Virus record (IMG/VR): IMGVR_UViG_3300036791_000759
Span: 2,414-66,413 of that record
Reading direction: 5' to 3' (one strand)
Length of the DNA: 64,000 bases
DNA from: a virus
The notes beneath the pieces are model-generated. The model saw only the letters and a list, made by a program, of their open reading frames with translations. It ran no database searches and was not told where the DNA came from. A program made the position numbers and the translations under genes. Of the stretch, positions 18,406 through 28,946 are shown piece after piece. Within the stretch, counting starts at the first letter, position 1; each line of letters starts with the position of its first letter.

Positions 18406-20157
18406 TTAGCTCCCCCGCACATTGCTACCGTAGTAACCCACATCGGGATGCACGACGGCGGGGAGCGGGCCACCCCACTGAACACCCGTCTTGGCGGCGA
18501 TGCGCGCCAGCTGGGGATTGAGCGGCGCCAGGTTGTAGTGATGAGTGCCCTCGGACCCGGCCCGATTGCCAACACCCACCAGCCGGATGCGGTTAGCCGG
18601 GACACCGGCGCGCTTCAATTCGCCGATCTGCTTTTCAACCTCGCCAATCGCCCCCGGGCTGTTGCTCAAGCCGGTCGACAGCACGACACCGGGGACGCCG
18701 GCAAGCGACCCGTCGGGTATTTTTGCCAGACGCTTGGTCACATTGGCCGCCGACCGGCCGTCGGCCGTCGCGGCATCGGGATCGTTGGGGTTGCCGCTGG
18801 CGTTCCCGGCGAGGCCGCCGTGGCGGATAAAGCCGCCGCCGATGCTGTCGCCAAAGGCCAGTGATCCCTGGGGGATCGGAGCGGTGGACACAGGCGCCAT
18901 CGGCCCCTGATCGTAGCTGACCGGCTGTACCGCCGACCCCGGCACAACCCCGTTCGGGTTAGTGTTGGCACCTACCGGCCCTGGAGCCGCCGGAGCCTGC
19001 GAGCCGGCAGGGGCGACAGTCGGCCGTTGCTGCATAGAATCGCGCCACTCCTGCACCCCGGTGGGAGTTGCGGGATACCCAGCTCTGGCGGCGGCAGCGG
19101 CTTCCGCCGGCGACCCCACAGGCGGCAGAGCTGCTTGCTGCGGGGCTATCGCCGTTCGCGGTGCTGTCGGCGGTTGTGCAGGCGCTGGCTGTGCCGGTGC
19201 CGGTGCCGGTGCCGGTGCCGGTGCTGCTGGCGCCGGCACCATCGCGCCGCCTTCGCCCTGTACCATCTGCGGCGCGGCAGCGGGCGCCGACGGGACCACG
19301 ACCCCGCCTTCGCCAGTCACCGGGCCCGGCGCGTTGCCCTCAGACCCAGTTGGCATCTGGCCCTGTAGTCCCGGTGTCGCCAGCGCGGTCTGCGGCGGCG
19401 CCCCCGGGGTCGGTGGCGCGGCATAGCCGCCACCCTCGCCACCGTGCATGTAGCGCTGCACCGTCGCGAGTTGGCCATAGCGCGCACCGGGGTAATTATA
19501 CTGCGCCGCCGGGCGCTCGAACTGCGACAGAAACTGATCGGTCGCGGCCTTGGGATCCTGGATCTTCAGGTAATCCGGCATGTTGGTCTTGATCCAGTTG
19601 TCGAGATACTGCATCTGCGGCTGGAACTGGGTGTAGTCTTTGACGCCGTTTTGAGCTGCCCAGTTCTGATAAGGCCCCAGCTCGCCACCCTGGTGAAACT
19701 GCCACGGCCCAAAGCTCGCTTCCCCCTTGATGCCGCTAGGCGCCCACGAGGAATTAAACCCACCTTCGCCAAGACCGTTGGCCAGGATCCCCTGGATCGC
19801 TGCTTCGCTGTAGCCCTGGCCCCGAAAGTAGTCAGCCGCCTGATACGCTAGCGGTCCCCAACCTCCAGCACCGCTACCGCTACCGCTACCGCCACCGCCA
19901 CCACCGCCTCCACTTCCATCACCACCACCCCCGCCACCACCACTTCCATCACCAGTGCCAGTCGTACCAAACCCCGGCTGCTGCGTCCCCTGCGGCAGCG
20001 CAGTCTGTGGCTGCTGGTTCCCCTGCTTCATCAAATCAGCAGCGGCTTGGTCCCTCATAAACTGCGTCTGCAAATCGTCGTACTGTTTGCGCAGATCTCC
20101 CACCGACTTGGCGCCGCTGAACAGCCCATCGACAAAGGAACCAAACCCCGCACCCAT
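18406..20157 (-). CDS. Internal virion protein: phage tail lysozyme domain plus C-terminal SGNH/GDSL hydrolase-like domain
   Basis: AIQGILANGLGEGG..FGPWQF..QMQYL..FERP (Phage_lysozyme2 pattern); AFGDSIG..STGLSN..VHP (SGNH blocks). Confidence 0.75.
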   Translation of the reverse strand: MGAGFGSFVDGLFSGAKSVGDLRKQYDDLQTQFMRDQAAADLMKQGNQQPQTALPQGTQQPGFGTTGTGDGSGGGGGGGDGSGGGGGGGGSGSGSGAGGWGPLAYQAADYFRGQGYSEAAIQGILANGLGEGGFNSSWAPSGIKGEASFGPWQFHQGGELGPYQNWAAQNGVKDYTQFQPQMQYLDNWIKTNMPDYLKIQDPKAATDQFLSQFERPAAQYNYPGARYGQLATVQRYMHGGEGGGYAAPPTPGAPPQTALATPGLQGQMPTGSEGNAPGPVTGEGGVVVPSAPAAAPQMVQGEGGAMVPAPAAPAPAPAPAPAQPAPAQPPTAPRTAIAPQQAALPPVGSPAEAAAAARAGYPATPTGVQEWRDSMQQRPTVAPAGSQAPAAPGPVGANTNPNGVVPGSAVQPVSYDQGPMAPVSTAPIPQGSLAFGDSIGGGFIRHGGLAGNASGNPNDPDAATADGRSAANVTKRLAKIPDGSLAGVPGVVLSTGLSNSPGAIGEVEKQIGELKRAGVPANRIRLVGVGNRAGSEGTHHYNLAPLNPQLARIAAKTGVQWGGPLPAVVHPDVGYYGSNVRGS

Positions 20158-20177
20158 TCTCTATAGCTCCTATAGAA

Positions 20178-21305
20178 TTAGAATAATCCTCCAGCGCCCC
20201 CGCCAATGCCCGCGCCAACGCTCGCACCGGCCGGGCCACCAAGCGCAAACCCGACCCCACCACCCACCAGCTTGCCAACCCCACCCCACAGTGCCTGTTG
20301 CTGCTGGACCTGCGCGTTGTAGACCGACATCTGGTTCGAGAAGCTGTCGTTAAGCGCGCTAACACCAGGATAAAGCGCGGTGCCGGCATTACCCAACGCA
20401 GCATTGCCGCCGCTAAAGAGGCTGCCCGCGAGTGAGCCGTAGGTGCCGGAGAGTGACGTATAGGGGTTGGCCAGCGCCGCGTAGGAGGTGGGCGAGCCGA
20501 TCGCGTTAACGCCGGCCCCGATAGTTTGATTAGCCCCGCCAATACCAGCACCACCAACACTGCCGGTCTGAAGACCGGCAGTCGATGCCGTCGTCCCGGC
20601 GCCAAGCTGTGCGATCGCTGTTGGCGGCAGCTTCTGACCGACCTCGATCGCCGCCTGCTGCAGCGCGAGCCCGGTCTGCTCCTGCTGCCGCCTGGCCTGC
20701 GTGCCGGCGGCGGCCGAGGCAGCCGCCTGCTGCGACGACATGATGGCGTTGACACCCTGGTAGCGCGACTGGGATGGGTCGATGCCATAGCCGCGCAGGG
20801 CGTTCCGGTTGGCTTCGGCGATCCCGGCGAAGTTTGACGCGACATCGGCCTGTGCCGCCCCTGAGGCTGCCGCCGCCCGCGCCGGGGTGTTGTACCCCGT
20901 CGCCGTTGCCGCGAACTGGTTCTCGATCGGGGCAAACGTCCCCATGTAACGGTTGTAAGTATCAGTCGCTTCCTGGCGCTGCTGCTGCGCGGTGGCAAGC
21001 GCCTCGGTGGCGTTCTGCCCGGCAAGCTGGTTTAGCGAATCCTGTGACTGCAGGTAGTTCTGAGCGTAAGGCCATACCTGGTCAAACTGCTGCTTACCCC
21101 AATCCGCCTGCTGTTGGCTCAGATTGTAATAAGCATCGGCCCGGGCACCCGACTGCTGAGCGTATTGCTGTTGAGCTGCGAGCTGCTGCTGACCAAGGGA
21201 ATACTGAAGATCCGCCGCGTGTGCATCGGCCGCCGATGTCTGCAACGACGCCTGGGCAAAAGGCGTATAGTCAGGCGCTGGAGGAGGAGATTTGCCGCCA
21301 CCCAT
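20178..21305 (-). CDS. Internal virion (ejection/pilot) protein
   Basis: MGGGKSPPPAPDY N-terminus, Gln/Ala-rich helical body, Gly-zipper C-terminus typical of podovirus ejection proteins. Confidence 0.75.
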   Translation of the reverse strand: MGGGKSPPPAPDYTPFAQASLQTSAADAHAADLQYSLGQQQLAAQQQYAQQSGARADAYYNLSQQQADWGKQQFDQVWPYAQNYLQSQDSLNQLAGQNATEALATAQQQRQEATDTYNRYMGTFAPIENQFAATATGYNTPARAAAASGAAQADVASNFAGIAEANRNALRGYGIDPSQSRYQGVNAIMSSQQAAASAAAGTQARRQQEQTGLALQQAAIEVGQKLPPTAIAQLGAGTTASTAGLQTGSVGGAGIGGANQTIGAGVNAIGSPTSYAALANPYTSLSGTYGSLAGSLFSGGNAALGNAGTALYPGVSALNDSFSNQMSVYNAQVQQQQALWGGVGKLVGGGVGFALGGPAGASVGAGIGGGAGGLF

Positions 21306-21760
21306 CAGGCTGCCTCCTGCTTACCCGGTCTCCAGTGTTTCGGCTCGTAGTCAAGCCAGCGGCACTGCTCCTTGGTCATGGTGAGGACCATCATGTGGAT
21401 CCCCGGAGCAAACATATCACGAAGTACAGCTTCGAGCACCCACCCGCCGCGCAGATTAGTCGCCATCGCACGATGGTTATTTGACGGCACAAGACCAACC
21501 ACCTTAGTGCATTTGCACTGCTCGAAGGCGTAGTGAAACGCCAGCCATAATAATTCGCGCGAGCACCAGCGCGGGTCGATCCCCGCCTGGTGCATCGTCC
21601 AGCTCGCCCCAAAAAACCCCGCCAGCACAAACCCACCGATGATGTTGCCGTCCTTGTAGGACGCAAAGCAATGGTCACCAAAGGGGTTGAATGTCCCGCC
21701 CGAGCGGTCCATCACCCACTCACCGGCGCCCGGCGCGTCTATACGGATATCAAGCGTCAT
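21305..21760 (-). CDS. GNAT-family acetyltransferase-like protein
   Basis: AFHYAFEQCKCTKVVGLVPSNNHRAM..GGWVLEAVLR pattern; position before internal proteins as for T7 gp13-like genes. Confidence 0.8.
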   Translation of the reverse strand: MTLDIRIDAPGAGEWVMDRSGGTFNPFGDHCFASYKDGNIIGGFVLAGFFGASWTMHQAGIDPRWCSRELLWLAFHYAFEQCKCTKVVGLVPSNNHRAMATNLRGGWVLEAVLRDMFAPGIHMMVLTMTKEQCRWLDYEPKHWRPGKQEAA

Positions 21761-22234
21761 TTAACGCGGCATCGGCGGCATGAGCGGGATTGCCATCGTC
21801 GCTGGCCCGGTGCCGAGATCAGGCGGCAGCGGATAGCCGTTCGCGTCGCACCAATTGGCGACATCCTGATCGCTGACCATCGTGACGGCGACCTTCGGCA
21901 TCACCACCGCCAGAGCGCTGTCGATGTCCGCCACCAGATCGGTCTCCGTCGTCTCGTCATTCCAGGCGTTGAGGTGCGAGCGGATTTTCTGGGTGATCTG
22001 CGGCACCTGAACCACATAGGGCGAGACATAGAGCAGCGTGTTGTAGGCTTGCGATGGCAGCCTCTCGGCATAGAGACGCTGCTTTACCCACTCGATATCG
22101 GGCGCGGTATCGGTCGGCGGCATCGGCAGCGCCGTGATGTATCCCGACCAGGAAAGCAGGCGCGAATAGAGGCGATCGTTGCACACCGCCTGGCGCGGGA
22201 ACTGCGCGACGCACTCATCCTGTGATGCGGCCAT
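21761..22234 (-). CDS. Hypothetical protein downstream of tail fibre
   Basis: 157-aa ORF packed in the virion operon. Confidence 0.7.
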   Translation of the reverse strand: MAASQDECVAQFPRQAVCNDRLYSRLLSWSGYITALPMPPTDTAPDIEWVKQRLYAERLPSQAYNTLLYVSPYVVQVPQITQKIRSHLNAWNDETTETDLVADIDSALAVVMPKVAVTMVSDQDVANWCDANGYPLPPDLGTGPATMAIPLMPPMPR

Positions 22235-24287
22235 CTCTCAACTCCGCTACTTGGGTGGTTAGCTCTTGGACTGCCTTCCAGAGGACGGCGACCAGTTCGT
22301 TGTAATTAAGGCCTAACTCCGCTACTTGGGTGGTTAGCTCTTGGACTGCCTTCCAGAGGACGGCGACCAGTTCGTTGTAATTAAGGCCCTGCGAGATACC
22401 TCGGCGATCGGTTCGATGACCGCCAAAATTATGCTCTTTGAAAACTTCGCCGACATGCTGGGCGACAAAACCCCAGTGGACGATGCCCCTGTCCTCTCTC
22501 GGGCCGTTGTTGAAGCGGTAGCGTTTTGGCGCTAACGCCTGTACAAAATCGAGACAATCGGGCAGCTCAGCAATATCGGTCTTTTGGCTGATGTCGCTCA
22601 CCGTGTTGAAAGTATAAGCCGACACACCGTACCAAGAATTGCCGTTAGCCGGATAAGGCAGACCGCACCAATAGGTGTTGTTGGCGGCTGGCGTCAGATG
22701 CGGGTTGATGAATATTACATTACCATCTCTACTGTTCCATATAAGCGCTTGCCCGCCTGTCGCATAAAGTTGCCAATTGACCGGGGCTGCTCCGCCACGA
22801 TCGGCAAAAGTAAAGGAAGCGGTTCCCCCCGTCGTAGTTATTGCATTGAAGGCGGTCAGCGCGCCGTTATTAGCAATACTGACGAGCGTTGCCGCCCCGC
22901 CAGCATTATAAAAATAGTAAGCACCGTTACCCGAAGGTAGAAGAAACACATAGTTGGTATTAGTGCTCTCGACATAAATCTGTCCAGGTCCAGTTGCGCT
23001 TGGACCAAGATAAATAGGCAATTTCGCAACAAGCGCGCCCCCGACCGACAGCGAGCCAGTCATCGAGCTATTGCCGTTCACCGTCAGCGTGCCGGTAGTG
23101 CCGAGATTGCCACCCGACAGGTTGCCTGGAACGTTAAGTGCGCCTGCCCCGGTCAGGGAGAAAATTTGCAGTGGAGTGCCCGATGTATTCGGGAAGTCGT
23201 AAATATTCAGCCCGCCGCCACCGCCGCCGTTGCGGTTGATAAAGAAATCCGTTTCGCCGCCGCCAGCCGAGTAATTCCAGCCAATACCCATCGCGCCGCT
23301 GTTGGCGAGCGTGTTGAACGTCGTGTTGAGTTGCGCCCAAGTAAAGCTGCCGACATTGGCGGGGCCGCCGCTGGCGCGCAGCGTCCCGCCGGTTTGGGAG
23401 AACCCGCTAAATACCGCCGTGGTCCCGGCCAGCCCTCCCGAGAGTGTCCCGCCGGTTAGCGGCAGATACGGTCCGCCGGTCACGACGCCAGCCGGCAGAT
23501 CGGCCAGCACCAGGGCGCGAAATGTGGGCACCGAGCCGCCAGGACCGGTCGCCGGGCCAGCGTAGACGGTATTGAGGCCCTGGTTGTTCTTGCTGACCGT
23601 CAGCGTGCCGCTTGCTGTCACCGGGCTGTTGGTGACTTGAAACTCGCCGGGCATCGACAGCCCGACACTGGTGACCGTGCCGCTGCCCGTTCCAGGCGCC
23701 CCTGTAGCGCCGGTTGCCCCGGTCGGCCCCGCCGGTCCCTGCGGCCCTGTCCCGCCGGTTGGCCCTGCGACGCCCTGTGCGCCCGTGCTACCCGTGGGAC
23801 CAGCAGGCCCCGGCACGGTCGATGCTGCTCCCGTAGCGCCCGTTGGCCCGGTCGGCCCCGCCGGTCCTACGCTACCCGCCGTGCCAGTGTTACCCGTTGC
23901 GCCCGTTGGCCCGGTCGGCCCCGCCGGTCCTGCGCTACCCGTCGTGCCAGTGTTACCCGTTGCGCCCGTTGGCCCGGTCGGCCCGGTCGGCCCTGCCGGC
24001 CCCACCGGCCCACCACCGCCAACAAACTGACCGTTGCTGCTCTTCACCGCACTAGGCGACAACACCCCATAGCCTACCAAATCGGTAAACGTCACCGCAC
24101 GATCGGGCGGCGAACCACGCTGCCCGGTCAAGTTCTCGACATTCAGCTTTAATGCCATTACGCAAGCAGCGAGGTTTTCAAGGTTAGCCGCTGGCTGCGG
24201 AATCGGCTGGGTATAGGGATTGAGCGCGGGGAACTTAGCGCCGCTGAGGTTAGATGAGAAGGTCAACGCGGGTGAGCGCGTCTGCAT
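22215..24287 (-). CDS. Tail fibre 1 with collagen-like repeats and C-terminal intramolecular chaperone (peptidase S74-like)
   Basis: GPx/GAT triplet repeats; SDISQKTDI cleavage motif; [25 protein letters not shown]; start MQTRS coupled to upstream stop. Confidence 0.88.
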   Translation of the reverse strand: MQTRSPALTFSSNLSGAKFPALNPYTQPIPQPAANLENLAACVMALKLNVENLTGQRGSPPDRAVTFTDLVGYGVLSPSAVKSSNGQFVGGGGPVGPAGPTGPTGPTGATGNTGTTGSAGPAGPTGPTGATGNTGTAGSVGPAGPTGPTGATGAASTVPGPAGPTGSTGAQGVAGPTGGTGPQGPAGPTGATGATGAPGTGSGTVTSVGLSMPGEFQVTNSPVTASGTLTVSKNNQGLNTVYAGPATGPGGSVPTFRALVLADLPAGVVTGGPYLPLTGGTLSGGLAGTTAVFSGFSQTGGTLRASGGPANVGSFTWAQLNTTFNTLANSGAMGIGWNYSAGGGETDFFINRNGGGGGGLNIYDFPNTSGTPLQIFSLTGAGALNVPGNLSGGNLGTTGTLTVNGNSSMTGSLSVGGALVAKLPIYLGPSATGPGQIYVESTNTNYVFLLPSGNGAYYFYNAGGAATLVSIANNGALTAFNAITTTGGTASFTFADRGGAAPVNWQLYATGGQALIWNSRDGNVIFINPHLTPAANNTYWCGLPYPANGNSWYGVSAYTFNTVSDISQKTDIAELPDCLDFVQALAPKRYRFNNGPREDRGIVHWGFVAQHVGEVFKEHNFGGHRTDRRGISQGLNYNELVAVLWKAVQELTTQVAELGLNYNELVAVLWKAVQELTTQVAELRDGRITG
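22240..22388. repeat. Perfect tandem duplication, 75-bp period, in tail fibre chaperone
   Basis: AACTCCGCTAC...TAAGGCC at 22240-22313 and 22315-22388; encodes [25 protein letters not shown] twice. Confidence 0.95.
23695..24012 (-). repeat. Collagen-like Gly-X-Y coding repeats
   Basis: [13 protein letters not shown] units repeated in tail fibre 1. Confidence 0.9.
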
Positions 24288-26035
24288 CACACGCCCTTCA
24301 GTTCTTCGAGCGTCGTAGCCAGCTGGATCGAATAGATCTTGATGCAGCTCACGATCTCGCACTGATGATCAAACGCCTTAAACCCTGCTGGCAGGCGAAA
24401 GATCTCCTGCGGCCGGGTCAGGTTACGCGACATGATCAACTGAAAATTTGGCCCAGCATAATAATTAAACACCGCGTTTATACCCGACGGTAGCACCAAG
24501 GTCGGATCGCCGTTATCGAGTGGTGCCGGCGGCATCGAGTATGTTTCGAGGATCTCAGGATCGATCGTGATCTGAATTGCCCCAAGGCTAATCGGCAACG
24601 GCGTAAAGAACCGCTTTGAACGCCAACGAAAAATCAATGCCTGCGCCGTGACATCGTCCCACAGATAAATTTTCTTATCCGCGCAAATGTAAGTGTCACC
24701 ATAATACTCATCATTCCAGATACACACTGCGTCCTTGAACGTATTAAGATCGTGAAAACCTAACCGTTGCTCAGCATAATCAATAACAAAAGCCGAGTCT
24801 GTCTGATTGATCGCCATGAAATAAGTGCGGTGCCGGCAAGCGATGAGGTTTGGTGCCTTGTAGCGATTGAGCCAGTCGTCCTTCTCAACCATGCCCTGCG
24901 TCGCGTTGATGTACGAATACCCAGTAGTCTGGATAAGACCGTTCTGCGAGGCATAATAGATCCCACCGAGATCAACCACGACAGAGCCTCGGGCGATGCA
25001 CGGCTCCGAGACCTGGCTCTGCACCAGGATAAAATTAGCCGGGCTGTTCCCCGACCCAGTGGACGGATAACCCTTGGTCAACACCACCAGGTATTGCTGC
25101 AACACGGCGAGCGCGACGATGTCATAATGGACCGACAAATCGTAGATATCGGGCCAGGTATGTGGATGATCCGGTTCGCAGAAATGAACGGTGTTGCCGG
25201 TGAACCCAAGCATCATCCCGCCCTGCATCGCGACGAGCCCGTCAAGAAAATCAGGCGGGTTGGCCCATGCCTGCGATTCCAGCACCAGGTTGTTTACTAC
25301 CGTAGTATCAGGAATCGTGTCATTGTAGGTGACCGGTGGCGGAGAGCTAGCATAGTTGAACCGTGTCACCTCGTAGAACTGCGCCCCGGTCGTAGCGCCG
25401 GTCACCGTGCGGTAGAGAATAAGCCCGGTCGTTGGCGGGTAGTTGACACCGCCGGGATTGGGTGGGGCCGTCGCCGGCAAACCGGTGATCGTCCAAGTCG
25501 CATCGGGCGGCCCGTCAAGCGAATTACTAGGAGCACAAGGAGCCGTCTCCTCGCCATACTGATTGATAAAGGTATAGACGTAGACCCGGGTAATCTCCGG
25601 CACTGTCGTATCACCGCCGGTCGTGCTGATGATAGTCAGAGGCGTTGACGGCTGAACCGTGCCAAGGTCGTAAGGTGGCGTCCCCGCCTGAATGCCAGCG
25701 TAGGTGTTCCACTGCGGGCGCTGCTGACCAGGGGAGGTATAATAGATCCTTCCCAGGTCATCATTGGCCAGTGGCGAGCGCACGACCGAGCTGTACCGCG
25801 AGGGGAGGGGCAGCCAAACCTGGCCAGTGCCATTGGGATTGGGAAAGAGGTAGGCACGCTCGACGGGGTTAGGGTTGGAACTAAAATCCTGCTTTAAGGT
25901 CGGCTGGGTCAGCGGGTGGAGGTTGCCGTTGGTGAGGTCAGTATTGATCGCCTCCTCGGCCATGTTGTCCGCCAACAGCCGAAGATCGGTGCGGGGGATC
26001 ATGCCCCCCATAGCCTGGATCTGCCACGCCGGCAT
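24287..26035 (-). CDS. Tail nozzle / tubular protein B-like structural protein
   Basis: 582 aa, beta-rich; [35 protein letters not shown] motifs typical of podovirus nozzle proteins. Confidence 0.7.
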   Translation of the reverse strand: MPAWQIQAMGGMIPRTDLRLLADNMAEEAINTDLTNGNLHPLTQPTLKQDFSSNPNPVERAYLFPNPNGTGQVWLPLPSRYSSVVRSPLANDDLGRIYYTSPGQQRPQWNTYAGIQAGTPPYDLGTVQPSTPLTIISTTGGDTTVPEITRVYVYTFINQYGEETAPCAPSNSLDGPPDATWTITGLPATAPPNPGGVNYPPTTGLILYRTVTGATTGAQFYEVTRFNYASSPPPVTYNDTIPDTTVVNNLVLESQAWANPPDFLDGLVAMQGGMMLGFTGNTVHFCEPDHPHTWPDIYDLSVHYDIVALAVLQQYLVVLTKGYPSTGSGNSPANFILVQSQVSEPCIARGSVVVDLGGIYYASQNGLIQTTGYSYINATQGMVEKDDWLNRYKAPNLIACRHRTYFMAINQTDSAFVIDYAEQRLGFHDLNTFKDAVCIWNDEYYGDTYICADKKIYLWDDVTAQALIFRWRSKRFFTPLPISLGAIQITIDPEILETYSMPPAPLDNGDPTLVLPSGINAVFNYYAGPNFQLIMSRNLTRPQEIFRLPAGFKAFDHQCEIVSCIKIYSIQLATTLEELKGV

Positions 26036-26040
26036 CTACC

Positions 26041-26268
26041 TCACTTCTTCCCAATGCCAGGGAACTTGCTTCTGACCTTGGCACGTACCGCCGCCTTCTC
26101 CGCCGGAGAACCATGCTGCGCGACCCTAGAGAGGGCGTTGCGTGCGTGGGAAGCGTCGGGAATGGGGTAAGACCCCGACCCCTTTCCCTGTGGCCCAGTG
26201 CCCTTACCAGGCAGCGCAAAGCTGGCTGACGGCAGCTTCTTGCGGCCACCTGCCGTCAGTCGGGCCAT
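26041..26268 (-). CDS. Small basic conserved phage protein
   Basis: RKKLPSASFALP..YPIPDASHARNALSRV motif, recurrent in phage virion modules. Confidence 0.8.
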   Translation of the reverse strand: MARLTAGGRKKLPSASFALPGKGTGPQGKGSGSYPIPDASHARNALSRVAQHGSPAEKAAVRAKVRSKFPGIGKK

Positions 26269-26489
26269 CAGGGTAGCCCGGTGCGCATCTTAGCGGTGCG
26301 GTTGGCCTTCACCTGACGAGCGATCTTCACCCGGTCGATGATGCCCTGGGTCGCATTGGCGGCGCCGGCAGCAGCACCCCTCTGAGCGCCCATCTGCGCA
26401 CCCATCAGGGCCCCAGCCCGCGCACCACCAACGGCACCGCCGGCGGCGCCGGCAGCGACCGCCCGCCGGGCCGGCGCCTTCCGCGCCAT
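26268..26489 (-). CDS. Small basic Gly/Ala-rich protein
   Basis: Coupled ORF, 73 aa. Confidence 0.7.
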   Translation of the reverse strand: MARKAPARRAVAAGAAGGAVGGARAGALMGAQMGAQRGAAAGAANATQGIIDRVKIARQVKANRTAKMRTGLP

Positions 26490-26695
26490 TACTGGATCCT
26501 CCCAGGGAAGTCCTTGCCTCCGCCGGTGATCGGCTTTTTGGCAAGCGCCTTCTTCATCGAGATCGGCAGCCCGGGGTTCTCCGGCCCGGGGATCGGGCGC
26601 TGCGGCATCGACCGGCCGGCGGTTCCCCCGCTGTTAAAGACCGTGTTGTTTGCCTCGGCACCCTTGATATCGGTGTCGTGACCACCCTTGGCCAT
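26489..26695 (-). CDS. Small hypothetical protein
   Basis: Coupled ORF with RBS, 68 aa. Confidence 0.7.
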   Translation of the reverse strand: MAKGGHDTDIKGAEANNTVFNSGGTAGRSMPQRPIPGPENPGLPISMKKALAKKPITGGGKDFPGRIQ

Positions 26696-26697
26696 AG

Positions 26698-27108
26698 CTA
26701 TTTCCTCTCCTGGCTTCGCGACGGCGTATGGGTCGTCGAAGCATGCGCCGTCGAAGCATGCTCGGCCGGCTTTGCCTCCGCTTTAGGTGTCGATGCCGGT
26801 GCCGGTGGCGACGTTGCTTCCAATACCGTTGGCGGAGGGTTATGGTATCCCGGCGGCAGCGAATCGAACATCGAACCGACCGCGATTTCGCCAGGCTTGA
26901 GAACAATCAGGTAACCGCCATCCGCAGGCGAAAGCCACGGATCGGCCTTGTTGCCCTGGGCATACCAATCCATGTAGTCATGCCAATCACTCTGCCCCGC
27001 CGGATGAAACGCGCAGGGGCACCAAGAGCCGTCGGATTTGATCACCCCCGAAAAGGCTTCGCCCCAAAACCCATCCGAAGCCAACTGAAACAGAGCAGTG
27101 CTAGCCAT
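26698..27108 (-). CDS. Tail-fibre-associated protein
   Basis: GGAGG RBS before MASTALF; SDWHDYMDWYAQGNKADP resembles small fibre-assembly proteins. Confidence 0.6.
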   Translation of the reverse strand: MASTALFQLASDGFWGEAFSGVIKSDGSWCPCAFHPAGQSDWHDYMDWYAQGNKADPWLSPADGGYLIVLKPGEIAVGSMFDSLPPGYHNPPPTVLEATSPPAPASTPKAEAKPAEHASTAHASTTHTPSRSQERK

Positions 27109-27110
27109 GA

Positions 27111-27350
27111 CTAACCTCCCGACAGAGAGTTGATAGATCCAGGTGGCCCAAGCTGCCCGTTGGGCGCCGGACCAGGCGCCAGACCAGGCGCCCCGGCTAG
27201 AGCTTCGGCCTGCTGAGCCTGCTGCGCCTGCTCCATAATCTTCTGGATGAGCGGGTTGGCGGCACGCCAAGGCCCGTTCATCAGTATCTCAATAGCCTGT
27301 TGCCACTCCTGCATCTGCAGAGTGATCGAGATAGGCGAAGTGGGTTCCAT
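27111..27350 (-). CDS. Small protein downstream of tail fibre 2
   Basis: Coupled ORF; PWRAANPLIQKIMEQAQ pattern common next to S74-type fibres. Confidence 0.7.
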   Translation of the reverse strand: MEPTSPISITLQMQEWQQAIEILMNGPWRAANPLIQKIMEQAQQAQQAEALAGAPGLAPGPAPNGQLGPPGSINSLSGG

Positions 27351-28939
27351 CAGTTCAATCTCCCTTTAAGCTCCTCGATCTCATCTTTCAGTTGTTGGAT
27401 CGCACGAAAAACATACGGGGTTAAATTCTGATCAAGGATATGCCTCATATCATTGGCAAGCGACGCTACGCCTACTCCGACAGATATCACCTCCTCAAGT
27501 TCCTGCGCGACAAGGCCGCATTCCACCGCTGGCTCAGCGTATGGCATCCGCTTACGGCCTTCCGCGTTCCACTCAAAAGCCCGTACCGGGGTCGCGCAGA
27601 TCATCGCCAGGGCATCAACCTCGCTATTGCGGATATTGTCCTTCAGCCGAGCGTCGGAGAAGTTGGTGCCAATGACATAAAAACCATCGGTTCCGCTGTC
27701 TGGGCTGAAGTACATCGCGCCGCCGCTTTCGGCGAATGAAAAGAAATCCCAGTCGCCACCATAGCATTCCATGCGAGCGCCCTTGACCCCGACGCCGACC
27801 GGGAAGCGGCGAAAGGCGCCGCGCGCATTGACATCATTCTGTACGTCGAGGTTCTGGGTAATAGCACCGCTGCCATTAAGTTGTAAGCCGGTGGCCGTGA
27901 GGCCACCAGTGATGGTCTCGCCTCCATTGACCTGGAGGGTGGTAGTCGTAAACGTACCAGTGACAGTCCCACCGCCGTTGACCTGCAGCCCAGTGGTCGT
28001 GATGCCGGCGCTGGCGGTATTGATGCCGCCCGGCGAGAACGTCATGCCAGCGACGTTCAGCGTGCCAGTGATGGCGGCGCTGCCGTTGACCTGCAGCCCA
28101 GTGGTCGTGATGCCAGCGCTGGCAGTATTGATACCGCTCGCCGAGAATGTTAAGCCGGCGACATTCAGCGTGCCGGTGACGGCGACATTGCCGTTGACCT
28201 GCAGGCCCGTGGTCGTGATACCGCCGCTGTTAAGGCTGCCGATAACGGTTAGGTTGCCGCTATTATCCACGGTCAGCAGATTGGTCGCGTTATAGCCCTC
28301 CACGACAAACCCGCCGATCCCGCCGCCCAGCCGGGCGATGAGGTAGTTGGGACCGCCATAGAAGAACGGCCCGCCGGACGACCCAGTGTTGCCGGTGCTG
28401 TTGGCAAAATAAAAATAATTACCGGCGAGCGTCATATCACCGGCGGTATCAATATTAAGCACTGCGCCAGTGCCAGAAAACGCCAGACGTGCCACACTGT
28501 TAGTATCGGCATACCAAGCCCAGTAAACACTGTTATTATTGCGATCTTCAAAAAATATGGCGGCAGTTGTACCCGTAAGGGTAATCTGGGGGGTATAAAT
28601 ATAACCTGCAACGTTCATACTGCCAGTTACGCCAAGATTACCAGTTATTGTACTACTTCCTGCCAATGGCACATAAACACCGGAACCTATCGTACTACCG
28701 CCGGGAACCGGACCAAAATTAAACCACTCGGCAGGGTTATAAACCGGGTTCGCCGAGGGCACCACGCACAGGCGTAACGCCGGAGGGGCCACACTGGTAT
28801 CGAGCCACAACTTACCAAGATGCGTATGGGCCAGGCCCGCTACGTCCGCCGGGGAAGTGCCCGGAGTGCTCTCCATGCCAAAATCGAGCTGTGCCGCGTA
28901 GAGGCGGTCCTGGGCTTGAAAGGGGTATTTGCCAGCCAT
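27350..28939 (-). CDS. Tail fibre 2 with C-terminal intramolecular chaperone (peptidase S74-like)
   Basis: FSDARLKDNI and GLVAQEL motifs; repeated GITTTGLQVNG units. Confidence 0.88.
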   Translation of the reverse strand: MAGKYPFQAQDRLYAAQLDFGMESTPGTSPADVAGLAHTHLGKLWLDTSVAPPALRLCVVPSANPVYNPAEWFNFGPVPGGSTIGSGVYVPLAGSSTITGNLGVTGSMNVAGYIYTPQITLTGTTAAIFFEDRNNNSVYWAWYADTNSVARLAFSGTGAVLNIDTAGDMTLAGNYFYFANSTGNTGSSGGPFFYGGPNYLIARLGGGIGGFVVEGYNATNLLTVDNSGNLTVIGSLNSGGITTTGLQVNGNVAVTGTLNVAGLTFSASGINTASAGITTTGLQVNGSAAITGTLNVAGMTFSPGGINTASAGITTTGLQVNGGGTVTGTFTTTTLQVNGGETITGGLTATGLQLNGSGAITQNLDVQNDVNARGAFRRFPVGVGVKGARMECYGGDWDFFSFAESGGAMYFSPDSGTDGFYVIGTNFSDARLKDNIRNSEVDALAMICATPVRAFEWNAEGRKRMPYAEPAVECGLVAQELEEVISVGVGVASLANDMRHILDQNLTPYVFRAIQQLKDEIEELKGRLN

Positions 28940-28946
28940 CAGCGCC

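Noticed and set aside
19865-19960. (CCGCTA)n and (CCA)n microsatellite-like repeats
   Set aside because: Explained by the Gly/Ser linker of the lysozyme protein.
8568-20353. Long + strand ORFs opposite the virion genes (e.g. 8568-9512, 10326-11537, 13047-13910)
   Set aside because: Antisense shadows of GC-rich coding sequence; no motifs or RBS.
22215-28939. Diversity-generating retroelement or invertible tail-fibre switch
   Set aside because: No reverse transcriptase, no adenine-variant template repeat and no invertase; the 75-bp duplication is exact and tandem.
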